Source: Caldisericia bacterium
Lineage (GTDB): Bacteria > Caldisericota > Caldisericia > JAAYUI01
NCBI GenBank assembly: GCA_963674785.1
Contig: OY771555.1
Location: 943,847 to 1,007,846 of the forward strand
DNA: 64,000 nucleotides
Reading direction: 5' to 3'
Below the pieces are notes generated by a model. That model made no database searches, was not told the origin of the DNA, and saw only the letters and a list, made by a program, of their open reading frames with translations. The position numbers and the translations under genes are program-made. Positions 27,507 to 36,328 of this stretch are shown one piece after another. How positions within the stretch are numbered: the stretch's first letter is position 1; each line of letters begins with the position of its first letter.

Positions 27507-28481
27507 ATGATAAAAAATATGTGGTACGCTGTTTTGGACTCAAAAGAAGTGCCAAAAGGGAAAATAGTTGGTGTCAAAAGATTGGGTCAAAAACTGGCGT
27601 TTTGGAGAAAAAATAACGGGCAGATCGCCTGTATTATTGATAAGTGCTGTCACAGAGGTGCATCGATTAGTAAAGGAAAGATTGTCTCTGAACGTGCTCA
27701 GTGCCCATTTCATGGATTTGAATATGATTCAGATGGAAGGGTGAAGGTGATCCCGGCAAATGGAAGAACAGCTCAAGTTCCAGAAAGATTTAGAGTTGAT
27801 GCCTATCCTGTAAAAGAAAAATATGGATTCATCTGGGTATTTTGGGGAATACCATCCGGTGAACTGCAGGAGATCCCATTCTTTGATGATCTGAAAGAAG
27901 GGTTTTATTATTCTCAGCTAAAAGATAAGTGGAGTGTCGATTACACAAGGTGCATCGAAAACCAGATGGATGTAGTCCATGTTCCCTTTGTCCACTACAA
28001 CACCATTGGCAAATCTGGTAAAACTGTTGTTTATGGCCCAAGGACAAAATGGGACGATAACAAACTGACATGGTATGTCAAGAATGTTGTTGATGATTGC
28101 AAGGTTAAAGCAAAACCAGCAGATGAGATGGGGGATGAAAAAGACCTCTTTTCTTTGGAATTTGTTATGCCAAATATATGGCACAACATAATTGCTGATA
28201 AAGTCAGAGTCTTTGCTGCATTTGCTCCGATTGATGATGAAAACACAATGATCTATCTGCGTTTCTATCAGTCATTCATGCCTATATGGGGTTTAAGGCA
28301 CATAGTAGGATTTTTCGGAAGGATTTCCAGCAAAATCATCCTCAGACAAGACAAAAGAGTTGTTGTCACTCAACTACCAAAAAAAAGCTTTATGAAAATG
28401 GACGAAAAGCTCATTCCAGGTGACAGACCCATTGCCGAGTTCAGAAGAAAAAGGGATGAGATGATAAAAGAGAATGAATAG
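27507..28481 (+). CDS. Rieske [2Fe-2S] non-heme iron oxygenase-like protein
   Basis: Rieske CCHRGASISKGKIVSERAQCPFHG (CxH-x17-CxxH). A downstream DVVHVPFVH could supply mononuclear-iron His ligands. Confidence 0.8.
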   Translation: MIKNMWYAVLDSKEVPKGKIVGVKRLGQKLAFWRKNNGQIACIIDKCCHRGASISKGKIVSERAQCPFHGFEYDSDGRVKVIPANGRTAQVPERFRVDAYPVKEKYGFIWVFWGIPSGELQEIPFFDDLKEGFYYSQLKDKWSVDYTRCIENQMDVVHVPFVHYNTIGKSGKTVVYGPRTKWDDNKLTWYVKNVVDDCKVKAKPADEMGDEKDLFSLEFVMPNIWHNIIADKVRVFAAFAPIDDENTMIYLRFYQSFMPIWGLRHIVGFFGRISSKIILRQDKRVVVTQLPKKSFMKMDEKLIPGDRPIAEFRRKRDEMIKENE

Positions 28482-28603
28482 ATAATTCAAATCCTTAAAA
28501 AGGTGACAGTTAATGATATTGTGGAGGGATTGTAAATCTAGTTTGAGCAAAACTTTGTAATATTTGACTCCCAGATACTTTCTCCAGGTTCAGCGAATAT
28601 TTA

Positions 28604-29536
28604 TTAGTTATTTTTTATTTTCGATATTAACTTGTCTACAAGCAATGGATCATCTGACATTAAGGCTACAATATTTGATAAGCTCAGACAAAATTCTTTG
28701 ACCTGATTCTTATTGACATTATGCCATATTGGAAGAATAAGATTTTCATCACTATCAATATTTTTTGCGAAAATTGATTCGAATTCTGCTTCTCCCCAGC
28801 CTTTGTTGTTGAGGAAATTTGGTGAAAGAACCAAAATACAATACTTGGTTTCTCTTAAGCCTTTTTCAATGCTTTTCCTTAGATTATCTCCAACTCCAAG
28901 CGAGAAGTCATCGTACCATACTGGGCAAAACCTCTGGGTTAGTTTTAATGCTAAATCGCTTACCAAGACCTCTTTGTCACGAGAGTCGTGAGATATAAAA
29001 GCAAGCGGACTTCGATCTTTTGTTGTTGCATCCAAGTAGTTTTTGTCTCTGATAACTGGGTATAAACCTGCCTTTTGGCCTAATTCTAAAAGAAAGTCTC
29101 TTTTGTTTTTTTCAATATATTTCTCAACATAGATGAACACTCTTTTGTTAAATTGGGTATCAGATAGTTTTTGATGATCACCAAATCCTTGATGGCCAGA
29201 AAGTACATCAAAACCACCATCGGGAGAGTTTAATTCCAGAGGCTTTTCTAGTCCAATCCCCTCTACTCTAATCTTTTTTCTTCTAGAAATATCATCTTTT
29301 CCCAAATCACATTTTTGCACATAATCTGTTTTGTATATTAGGTCGATGTACTCAGCATAGTGTGGGGTTTCGGGTATATATGACTTAACTAGTCTTGTAT
29401 TATTATTTATATCGAAACACACTTTTAAAATTGCTGAGGGCAAAGGATTTTTGTTGTTGTCATTGAAGTTGAGTATTAATCCTTGGGTAAAAAAATTGCT
29501 TAAATCTCTTTCAAACAAATCTTTAACAGTATTCAT
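28604..29536 (-). CDS. TIR-domain protein (unknown N-terminal domain plus C-terminal TIR)
   Basis: FISHDSRDKEV...VWYDDFSLGVGDNL...ILVLSPNFLNNKGWGEAEFE is a canonical bacterial TIR pattern. Confidence 0.75.
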   Translation of the reverse strand: MNTVKDLFERDLSNFFTQGLILNFNDNNKNPLPSAILKVCFDINNNTRLVKSYIPETPHYAEYIDLIYKTDYVQKCDLGKDDISRRKKIRVEGIGLEKPLELNSPDGGFDVLSGHQGFGDHQKLSDTQFNKRVFIYVEKYIEKNKRDFLLELGQKAGLYPVIRDKNYLDATTKDRSPLAFISHDSRDKEVLVSDLALKLTQRFCPVWYDDFSLGVGDNLRKSIEKGLRETKYCILVLSPNFLNNKGWGEAEFESIFAKNIDSDENLILPIWHNVNKNQVKEFCLSLSNIVALMSDDPLLVDKLISKIKNN

Positions 29537-29559
29537 GCTCCTCCAATATCAATCAAGTA

Positions 29560-30897
29560 TTACTCCCTAATCTTCCCCAGAAGTTTTGGAATATCTTGAT
29601 ATTCTTCCACCCACAAAACATTCAAACCCAGCTCATTAAAGTCCTGGGTTTCGAGGTTTTTGGAAATCTCAAAGACCTCTCCTGAAATGTCCGCGGAGTT
29701 TTTGTCTTTCATGATGAGATAATGTTTCTTTTCGTGGTTGATGTTTTTCCTGTTTGAAACATCAAGAAGTCTTCTGAGGTTTGGGTCTGTCAGACTGAGA
29801 CCAAGGAAAAGACAGGTGTTTTGGCTGTATTTGATGAGCTGAATGATGTTTGACCAGCTATAAACATCCATTGTTTTGTTGTGATATGAGTCCTCGGAAA
29901 AAACAAGTTCTGTATCTTCTGGAATCTCACCTGTTCGAGGAAGGTACCCGTGAACATGATAGATAGGGAGTTCATTCGGGTTGAAACGTACTCCATCATT
30001 GTAGATTGGTTTGAAATCAACCCTCAATTTTTGAAGCTCCTCCTCAATTAAGCCATCAAAATTGAAAGTGATTATTGAATCAAGTGAACAACCGTTTCTC
30101 CTGCTTGGTTTTGAGAGCATCGCAATCTCTCTGATGAGGTCACATGTGCCGTTACCACCCTTATATAGTGCAGCTCGAAGCTCCTCATTGAAAAAACTAC
30201 CGAAATGGTTTTTAAGACTTTTGCCAAGGATGATTGGGGATTGGTTGTAATAGCTCAGGAAATCAGAGGCTTTTATTGGATTTTCTATGTTTAGGGCAAG
30301 TTGAGAGATCATCCGGTCGAGAAGGTCTTCTATCAGGTTGTTCCAGGTGGGAATTCCTGCGCTAACAGAAACCCCAGCTCCACATACAAGCGACAAAGCA
30401 CCATCATGGAAGGCATCTTGAAGATTTTCAATATATAGGTCATTGATGTTGTCTGGTCTTTTGATGAGTATTTCAGGTGGTGGACTTGCTTGTTCTCCAC
30501 TTTCGAGTTTGCTTGCAAATTTGGCGAATGTTTCAAGCTGTTTATCAAAGTTTTCAGATAGGTCGATATAGACATTTGAAAACATCATCGGTGGAATCTC
30601 TGACATATCGATTTTATCAAACGTCAGAACATAAAGCTTCCTTGAATCAAATGTTCCGCCGAAATAATTGAGATATGTCAACCATACCTCTTTTGTGTTC
30701 ATGTGCATTGTCTCGGCACTCAGAACAAGAAGCACCATCTCTGCTTTTTCATAAACATCAAGAATCTCAGATGGTGTTTCCTCGTCTGGGTTTACATCAG
30801 AGACCTTAAAAACAGTATGCCCAAAGGCCTGGAGTTTTTCGGCTACTTGGTCAACCCTGGCTTCGTCCTTGTGACCGTATTCAATGAATATATTCAT
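29560..30897 (-). CDS. TIR-like N-terminal domain fused to a SIR2-like (SIR2_2 type) domain
   Basis: N-terminus IFIEYGHKDEARV...MVLLVLSAET is TIR-like. SIR2_2 blocks are LVCGAGVSVSAGIPTWNNL, ITFNFDGLIEE and HVHGY. Confidence 0.7.
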   Translation of the reverse strand: MNIFIEYGHKDEARVDQVAEKLQAFGHTVFKVSDVNPDEETPSEILDVYEKAEMVLLVLSAETMHMNTKEVWLTYLNYFGGTFDSRKLYVLTFDKIDMSEIPPMMFSNVYIDLSENFDKQLETFAKFASKLESGEQASPPPEILIKRPDNINDLYIENLQDAFHDGALSLVCGAGVSVSAGIPTWNNLIEDLLDRMISQLALNIENPIKASDFLSYYNQSPIILGKSLKNHFGSFFNEELRAALYKGGNGTCDLIREIAMLSKPSRRNGCSLDSIITFNFDGLIEEELQKLRVDFKPIYNDGVRFNPNELPIYHVHGYLPRTGEIPEDTELVFSEDSYHNKTMDVYSWSNIIQLIKYSQNTCLFLGLSLTDPNLRRLLDVSNRKNINHEKKHYLIMKDKNSADISGEVFEISKNLETQDFNELGLNVLWVEEYQDIPKLLGKIRE

Positions 30898-30910
30898 GTA
30901 TTCATTTTAG

Positions 30911-31762
30911 TCACTTGAACATACAATCGCAAATGTCAGCGATTGGTTTATATCCAATTTTTTGGTAGATGCTATTTGATGTGGGGTTTGCAAGGTCTGT
31001 AAAGAGTGTACAGAATTTTTTCCCACTTTTTAAGATTTCTTTTGATAGTTCTGAGACAACCGCTGTTGCGTAACCTTTTCCTCTTTCATCAGGCGGAGTA
31101 TAAACTGATGCGACACATTCGCTGTTTGGTGTTGGTCTTGTCCTTGCTGCCATTGAGACCGGTTTATCCTTTTCCCAGAGATAAAAGAAACCTGACTTTA
31201 TCTTGTCTTCAAGGTGATTTGAATCATCGGGAGTATTGTTACTATTTTCTCCAAAGCAATCGATCATGAATTTCTTTGTCCAATCAAGACACAGGTCAAA
31301 GTCATCCATGGTTGCGACACGAAAATTCCCTTCTGGATAATCACGTTTTGCAACCTCTGTGAGTTTGAATATTCTCATACTCATGACAATTTTTAATTTT
31401 CTGCCAGTTTTTTCACAGTAGTTTTTTGCAAAAGTTTCTGCAATATTTTTTTCTGCAATCACTCCTGGGACATACCAGTTTGAGTTTCCGATATTTTTTG
31501 TGAGTGTTTCAACTGCTTCTAATGAATTATTTCCACATGCAATGATCTGGATTTTAAATGGTGGAGTCATCATAACAACAAGCTCAATTCCTGAACTTGA
31601 AGATACTGTTGCCAGTAAAGGTTTTGTTCCGTAGTAGTTGGGATCAGCTTTAAGAAGTTCTGCAATTCCAAGCATCAAGCCGTTTTCCGCTTCACTTGCA
31701 AGAAGGATTTCTCTAGTAGTATCTAAAAAATTATTTATATTATTGTATTCTTTATACTCCAT
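30911..31762 (-). CDS. GNAT family N-acetyltransferase with an N-terminal extension
   Basis: Acetyl-CoA motif ERGKGYATAVV plus the C-terminal TLFTDLANPTSNSIYQKIGY. Confidence 0.65.
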   Translation of the reverse strand: MEYKEYNNINNFLDTTREILLASEAENGLMLGIAELLKADPNYYGTKPLLATVSSSSGIELVVMMTPPFKIQIIACGNNSLEAVETLTKNIGNSNWYVPGVIAEKNIAETFAKNYCEKTGRKLKIVMSMRIFKLTEVAKRDYPEGNFRVATMDDFDLCLDWTKKFMIDCFGENSNNTPDDSNHLEDKIKSGFFYLWEKDKPVSMAARTRPTPNSECVASVYTPPDERGKGYATAVVSELSKEILKSGKKFCTLFTDLANPTSNSIYQKIGYKPIADICDCMFK

Positions 31763-31765
31763 GTT

Positions 31766-32719
31766 TTATTCCACCTTTTCTACATTGTCTGCCGGGAATA
31801 AGTCTGGGGTAGACAGATATCTCTCACCTGTATCATACATGAAACAAACTATTGTTTTTCCAACAAATTCTGGTCTTTCTGAAATCTGTCCCGCAACCCA
31901 AACAGATGCTCCTGATGTTGGCCCAACAAGAATACCCTCTTTTCTTGCAATTAATCTTGCTGTTTCAAAGGCGACATCATTTTCTACAAGGATGATTTCA
32001 TCAAGATTTTGTCTTGATCTTTTGAAGTTGTCTGTAATAAATCCTGGGCCAATACCGATAAGTTTGTGAGGAGCTTGAGCTCCACCTGAATAGACTGGAC
32101 TTGCTGCAGGCTCAAAACCAATGATTTTTATGTTTGGGTTTTTGCTTTTGAGAAATCTTGATAGACCATCAAATGTCCCGCTTGTTCCAAGACCAATTAT
32201 TGCAACATCGATGTTGCCGTTAGTTTGTTCCCAAATCTCTGGTCCTGTTGTTGTTTCGTGTGCTTTTCCGTTGTTTTGGTTTCCGTGTTGATTGAGGAAA
32301 AATGTCGTATTTGGATTTTTATCACAATACTTTATAGCTCTTTCTCTTGCACCTTTTGTGTGTTCAGCAGCGGGGGTAAGCATTACTTTTGCGCCATATG
32401 CACAAAGGATTTGCTGCCTCTCGACACTGCAAAGCTCACTCATGAAGATACGAGTTTTATAATCTAGCATCGCTCCCAAGCTTGCAATCGCAATTGCAGT
32501 ATTACCACTGCTTGCCTCAACAACCTCTGTTTCTGAGGTTATTTTGCCCTCAGCCATCACTGTTTTTATCATTGATCTGACAGCTCTATCCTTTACTGAT
32601 GTTGGATTGCAGCGTTCCATTTTAGCAAGGATTCTTGCTTTAGGATCAACAAAAACTTTTGTCAGTTCAAAAAGTGGAGTATTTCCAATCAAGTCACATG
32701 CATCAGTAATGATATTCAT
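31766..32719 (-). CDS. cysK: Cysteine synthase / O-acetylserine sulfhydrylase (PLP-dependent)
   Basis: PLP-lysine block PTSVKDRA, SSGNTAIA, and G-rich GTSGT loop. Full-length colinear architecture. Confidence 0.8.
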   Translation of the reverse strand: MNIITDACDLIGNTPLFELTKVFVDPKARILAKMERCNPTSVKDRAVRSMIKTVMAEGKITSETEVVEASSGNTAIAIASLGAMLDYKTRIFMSELCSVERQQILCAYGAKVMLTPAAEHTKGARERAIKYCDKNPNTTFFLNQHGNQNNGKAHETTTGPEIWEQTNGNIDVAIIGLGTSGTFDGLSRFLKSKNPNIKIIGFEPAASPVYSGGAQAPHKLIGIGPGFITDNFKRSRQNLDEIILVENDVAFETARLIARKEGILVGPTSGASVWVAGQISERPEFVGKTIVCFMYDTGERYLSTPDLFPADNVEKVE

Positions 32720-32833
32720 AAAGCTCTCCTTATTTTTTTGTAATTGGGAGAAGAGTCTAATGATAAAATGTCAAAATGCAAGCGGAATGGGCTGGTTTAC
32801 AAATTCATATATTTTTATATACTTCTTCCTGGT

Positions 32834-33455
32834 ATGGAATCCTCTGACAATTTGATAAAACTAGCTTTTTCAATGCAATCAAACAAGGGCGTTTATGCTC
32901 TCCTTCTTGGTTCTGGGATTTCAATTTCGGCAGGTATCCCAACAGGTTGGGGAGTTGTTTGCGACCTTATAAATAAACTCGCAAGACTGCATGGTGAAAA
33001 CCCTGGCGAGAAGTGTTGGGAATGGTACGAAAAAAAGTTTGATAAACCAGCAGACTATTCAGATCTCCTTGATTTCCTGGCAGATACTCCCACCCAAAGG
33101 GCGAAACTTCTAACATCATATTTTGAGCCAAATGATGAAGAAAAAAAGTCAGGTAAAAAACTTCCAACACCTGCACATAAGGCGATTGCAAAGCTAATTG
33201 AACAGAAGTTTGTGAAGGTCATTATTACAACAAATTTCGATAGACTTCTTGAAAAAGCACTTTCTGATTTGAATATCAATCCAAGAGTTGTTTCGTCTTC
33301 AGATGATATTGAAGGTCTACCATCTCTTGTTCATATGGAAAGACCACTAATAATCAAAGTAAACGGTGATTATCTTGATTCAAGAATAAAAAATACTCCA
33401 GAGGAGCTTGAAAACTATACTTCTGAAATGAACCAACTTTTGACTGAGATTTTTT
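32834..33455 (+). repeat. Duplicated segment (copy 1): 5' ~620 nt of the SIR2-STAND gene plus ~40 nt upstream
   Basis: Compared with 36329..36950, all differences after codon 7 are synonymous. The last ~130 nt are 100% identical. Confidence 0.8.
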
Positions 33456-36274
33456 CAGAGTATGGATTGATAATATCTGGTTGGTCAGCAAGATATGATT
33501 CAGCCTTAATTGAGTGTTATGAGCAGGCTAAAAACACTGATTTTATAACGTGTTGGATAGATCCATTTGATTTATCAGAGCCAGCTTTGAAGCTTTTGTC
33601 ATTGAGAAATGGAAGATTTATCAAAGAAAAAGCAGATATCTTTTTCCCAGAACTTGCAAAAAAGTTACGCTGCATTTATGAAAGATCAGATAAACTAGAT
33701 GTTCCGAACAACCTTCCTGAGGGTCTTTCATCTTTTATTGGAAGAGAAAAAGAGATTTCTGAAATCCTTGAGCTTGAAAAAAAACATAGGATGATAACTC
33801 TTGTTGGACCTGCAGGGGTTGGTAAAACAAGATTGGCAATTGAGATCGCAAAAAGACTTTCAAGCTCAAGCTATTCTAAAATATGGTTTATCAATCTTTC
33901 ACTCGTTTCTGAAAAAATCCAAGTATATCAAATAATCTTTGAGGCATTGGGTATTCGATTAGATTATACTGAGTCTTCTATTGATGCTATCATCAATGCA
34001 ATAAAAAACACAAAGTGTTTGATAATTTTCGATAACTGTGAACAGGTAATAAACATTGTCTCACAGATTGCAAAAAAGCTTTTAAATGAAACAAAACAGC
34101 TAAAGATAATTGCAACAAGCAGGGAGACTCTAAACATTGAGATCGAAGCTAGGTGGTACACTCCTGTTATGGAATTCCCAGAACGATCTGATGAGGAATT
34201 CTCAAAAATTCTTGAATACTCAAGTATAAAGCTATTTTATGAACGAGCAAAAACTGTATCATCAGATTTTGTCTTAGATGAAAACAATATCCGAAGTGTT
34301 GTCAATATTTGTATCAAACTTGATGGCTTACCGCTTGCAATCGAACTTGCATCAGCAAGAACAAAAGTTCTTTCTGTAAAACAAATTGAGAAAAAACTTG
34401 CAAGAAGATTCAAGCTATTAACAAAAAGTTTTAGTAGAGTCCCGGATAGACAAAAAACTCTTAAAGGTGCAATCGATTGGAGTTTTGATTTGTTATCTGA
34501 TGATGAAAAAAAACTTCTTACTAGAGTATCTGTTTTTACTGGAGGATTTTCTCTGGAATCATCAGTTGCTGTTTTTACGGGAAGAATTTATAAGGGTGAT
34601 ACTGGGACAGATAAATATTTTGAATTTGATGAATTTGAAGTACTTGATCTGATACAGCAATTAGTATCAAAATCTTTGATCATTTCAAAAAAATCAGTTG
34701 ATGGGAATATCAGGTATAGCCTTCTCGAATCAATAAAGAAATATGGAATGGAAAAGCTAGAAACCTTTGGTGAAATGGTCTTGATCCATGACAGGCATTC
34801 CCGATGGTTTGATTTTTGGATAAACTCACACACAGAGAAACTCAGAACCAGTGAACAATTCCTTTGGCAAAAGAAGATTGAATTTGAAAATGAAAACATC
34901 TTAGCGGCTCTGGATTACTTGTATGAGACAAAACGATTGACTAGATGTGCAAGGATAATAAGTGGAGTTTCAATTTTCTGGGATTTGGTGTATTACAATG
35001 AACTTGGATACACTTGGACAAAAAAGGTTATTGAAACAGATCTTATTGATGATGATGGACTTCTTGGTTTGATGTATAATTGTAATGGGGCTTTTTTGTT
35101 CAACTTAGGAAGGGACAATGAGGCAATTAGTTCTCATGAAAAAGCATTAAAGCTATTTGAAAAAACAGGAAATAAGGAAAGAATTTCGATGGTTTCACAA
35201 AATCTTGCACTTTCCTATAAAAAAGTTGGAAAGATTTCAAAATGCGTTCCTTTGTTAGAAAAAGCAATAAAGGCAAGTATTGATGCAGAAAATGATTATT
35301 TCTTAGCTGTAAACAGAATGAATCTTGGCGATGTATATTTTTTCCAAGGTGACTTTGAGAAATCAATGGAACAATTTGAAAAGTCTATATCGATTTTTAG
35401 GAAGCTTTCAGATCAAAGAATGATTTTAATGGTTCAGAATAATTTTGCATCTGCATACTATAACCTTCTAAATCTACCGAAGATGAAAGAAGTTCTTGAT
35501 GAGATGTACCCGCTTGCTAAGTCAATCAGTTATACTGAATATGTTGATGTTTTGAGGCTGTTGTGTGATTATTATCTCATATTGGGAGAGTATGATAAAG
35601 CAACGAATCAATATAAACTGATGGAAAAGCTGAGAAAAGAAAATCCAACACAATACATTATCGAGCCGATCGAATATTCTTACTCTGCAATAATGATGGA
35701 AAAGGGTAATTTCGATGATGCATATGAAATATATGTAAATGCTGGACTTTTTGATATGACAAAAGATTTCAGTATCAAAGAACTAATGCTGATGCTCTAT
35801 TATTCAATTTCTATGAAGGATAAAAAGTTAATAGGTGAAATTATTGAAAAAATATCAACCGATAAGAAAATAATCCCATCAAAACTAGATTTAATAAGGT
35901 TTGTTGGTTACAAAGCGACCTTTAATTATCTAGATGGAAAACTGTCTGAAGCGCTAGTTACCCTAAAAAAAGTAATCTTTGACTTTTATAAAATTGAGGC
36001 ATATTTTGATCTTATCAAAATACTCGAGATGACGTCAATTGTTTTTTGTGAATTGGGTGATTTTTCGGTTTCTGCAATGATTCTTGGAAAAATGAAACAA
36101 TTAAGATCTTTTTTCGGAACCCCACTTTCTCCAGCGAGGAAACCAGATATTGAAAAGTTAAAAGCTGATTTGAACCATGAAATCGGAGATGATTTTGAAA
36201 AAATGATGGTCAAAGGTTCAAAGCTTACGACTGAGGAAATAATTAAAGTTGTAGGTTGTGATTTAGTGAACTGA
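32834..36274 (+). CDS. SIR2-like (SIR2_2) + NB-ARC-type STAND ATPase + TPR repeats; NLR/Avs-like defence protein, paralog 1
   Basis: SIR2_2 blocks LLGSGISISAGIPTGWG and VIITTNFDRLLE. Walker A GPAGVGKT, Walker B LIIFDNCE, NB-ARC GLPLAIELA, then a long TPR-like C-terminus. Start is at the Met that matches paralog 2. Confidence 0.8.
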   Translation: MESSDNLIKLAFSMQSNKGVYALLLGSGISISAGIPTGWGVVCDLINKLARLHGENPGEKCWEWYEKKFDKPADYSDLLDFLADTPTQRAKLLTSYFEPNDEEKKSGKKLPTPAHKAIAKLIEQKFVKVIITTNFDRLLEKALSDLNINPRVVSSSDDIEGLPSLVHMERPLIIKVNGDYLDSRIKNTPEELENYTSEMNQLLTEIFSEYGLIISGWSARYDSALIECYEQAKNTDFITCWIDPFDLSEPALKLLSLRNGRFIKEKADIFFPELAKKLRCIYERSDKLDVPNNLPEGLSSFIGREKEISEILELEKKHRMITLVGPAGVGKTRLAIEIAKRLSSSSYSKIWFINLSLVSEKIQVYQIIFEALGIRLDYTESSIDAIINAIKNTKCLIIFDNCEQVINIVSQIAKKLLNETKQLKIIATSRETLNIEIEARWYTPVMEFPERSDEEFSKILEYSSIKLFYERAKTVSSDFVLDENNIRSVVNICIKLDGLPLAIELASARTKVLSVKQIEKKLARRFKLLTKSFSRVPDRQKTLKGAIDWSFDLLSDDEKKLLTRVSVFTGGFSLESSVAVFTGRIYKGDTGTDKYFEFDEFEVLDLIQQLVSKSLIISKKSVDGNIRYSLLESIKKYGMEKLETFGEMVLIHDRHSRWFDFWINSHTEKLRTSEQFLWQKKIEFENENILAALDYLYETKRLTRCARIISGVSIFWDLVYYNELGYTWTKKVIETDLIDDDGLLGLMYNCNGAFLFNLGRDNEAISSHEKALKLFEKTGNKERISMVSQNLALSYKKVGKISKCVPLLEKAIKASIDAENDYFLAVNRMNLGDVYFFQGDFEKSMEQFEKSISIFRKLSDQRMILMVQNNFASAYYNLLNLPKMKEVLDEMYPLAKSISYTEYVDVLRLLCDYYLILGEYDKATNQYKLMEKLRKENPTQYIIEPIEYSYSAIMMEKGNFDDAYEIYVNAGLFDMTKDFSIKELMLMLYYSISMKDKKLIGEIIEKISTDKKIIPSKLDLIRFVGYKATFNYLDGKLSEALVTLKKVIFDFYKIEAYFDLIKILEMTSIVFCELGDFSVSAMILGKMKQLRSFFGTPLSPARKPDIEKLKADLNHEIGDDFEKMMVKGSKLTTEEIIKVVGCDLVN

Positions 36275-36328
36275 TAAAAAACCAAGTCAGTTTACTTTTT
36301 TCTACATTTTCATATACTCTCACCTAGT

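Noticed and set aside
32744-32833. Upstream extension of the first SIR2-STAND gene (ORF track starts at 32744)
   Set aside because: The paralog starts at the equivalent Met (MEVSDN vs MESSDN), and the upstream nucleotide similarity between the two copies begins about 40 nt before that ATG. The extra 30 codons have no counterpart.
32967-33279. Minus-strand ORFs 32967..33191 and 33055..33279, and their mirror copies 36462..36686 and 36550..36774
   Set aside because: They are duplicated only because they sit inside the duplicated SIR2 block. They are antisense to a strongly supported CDS.
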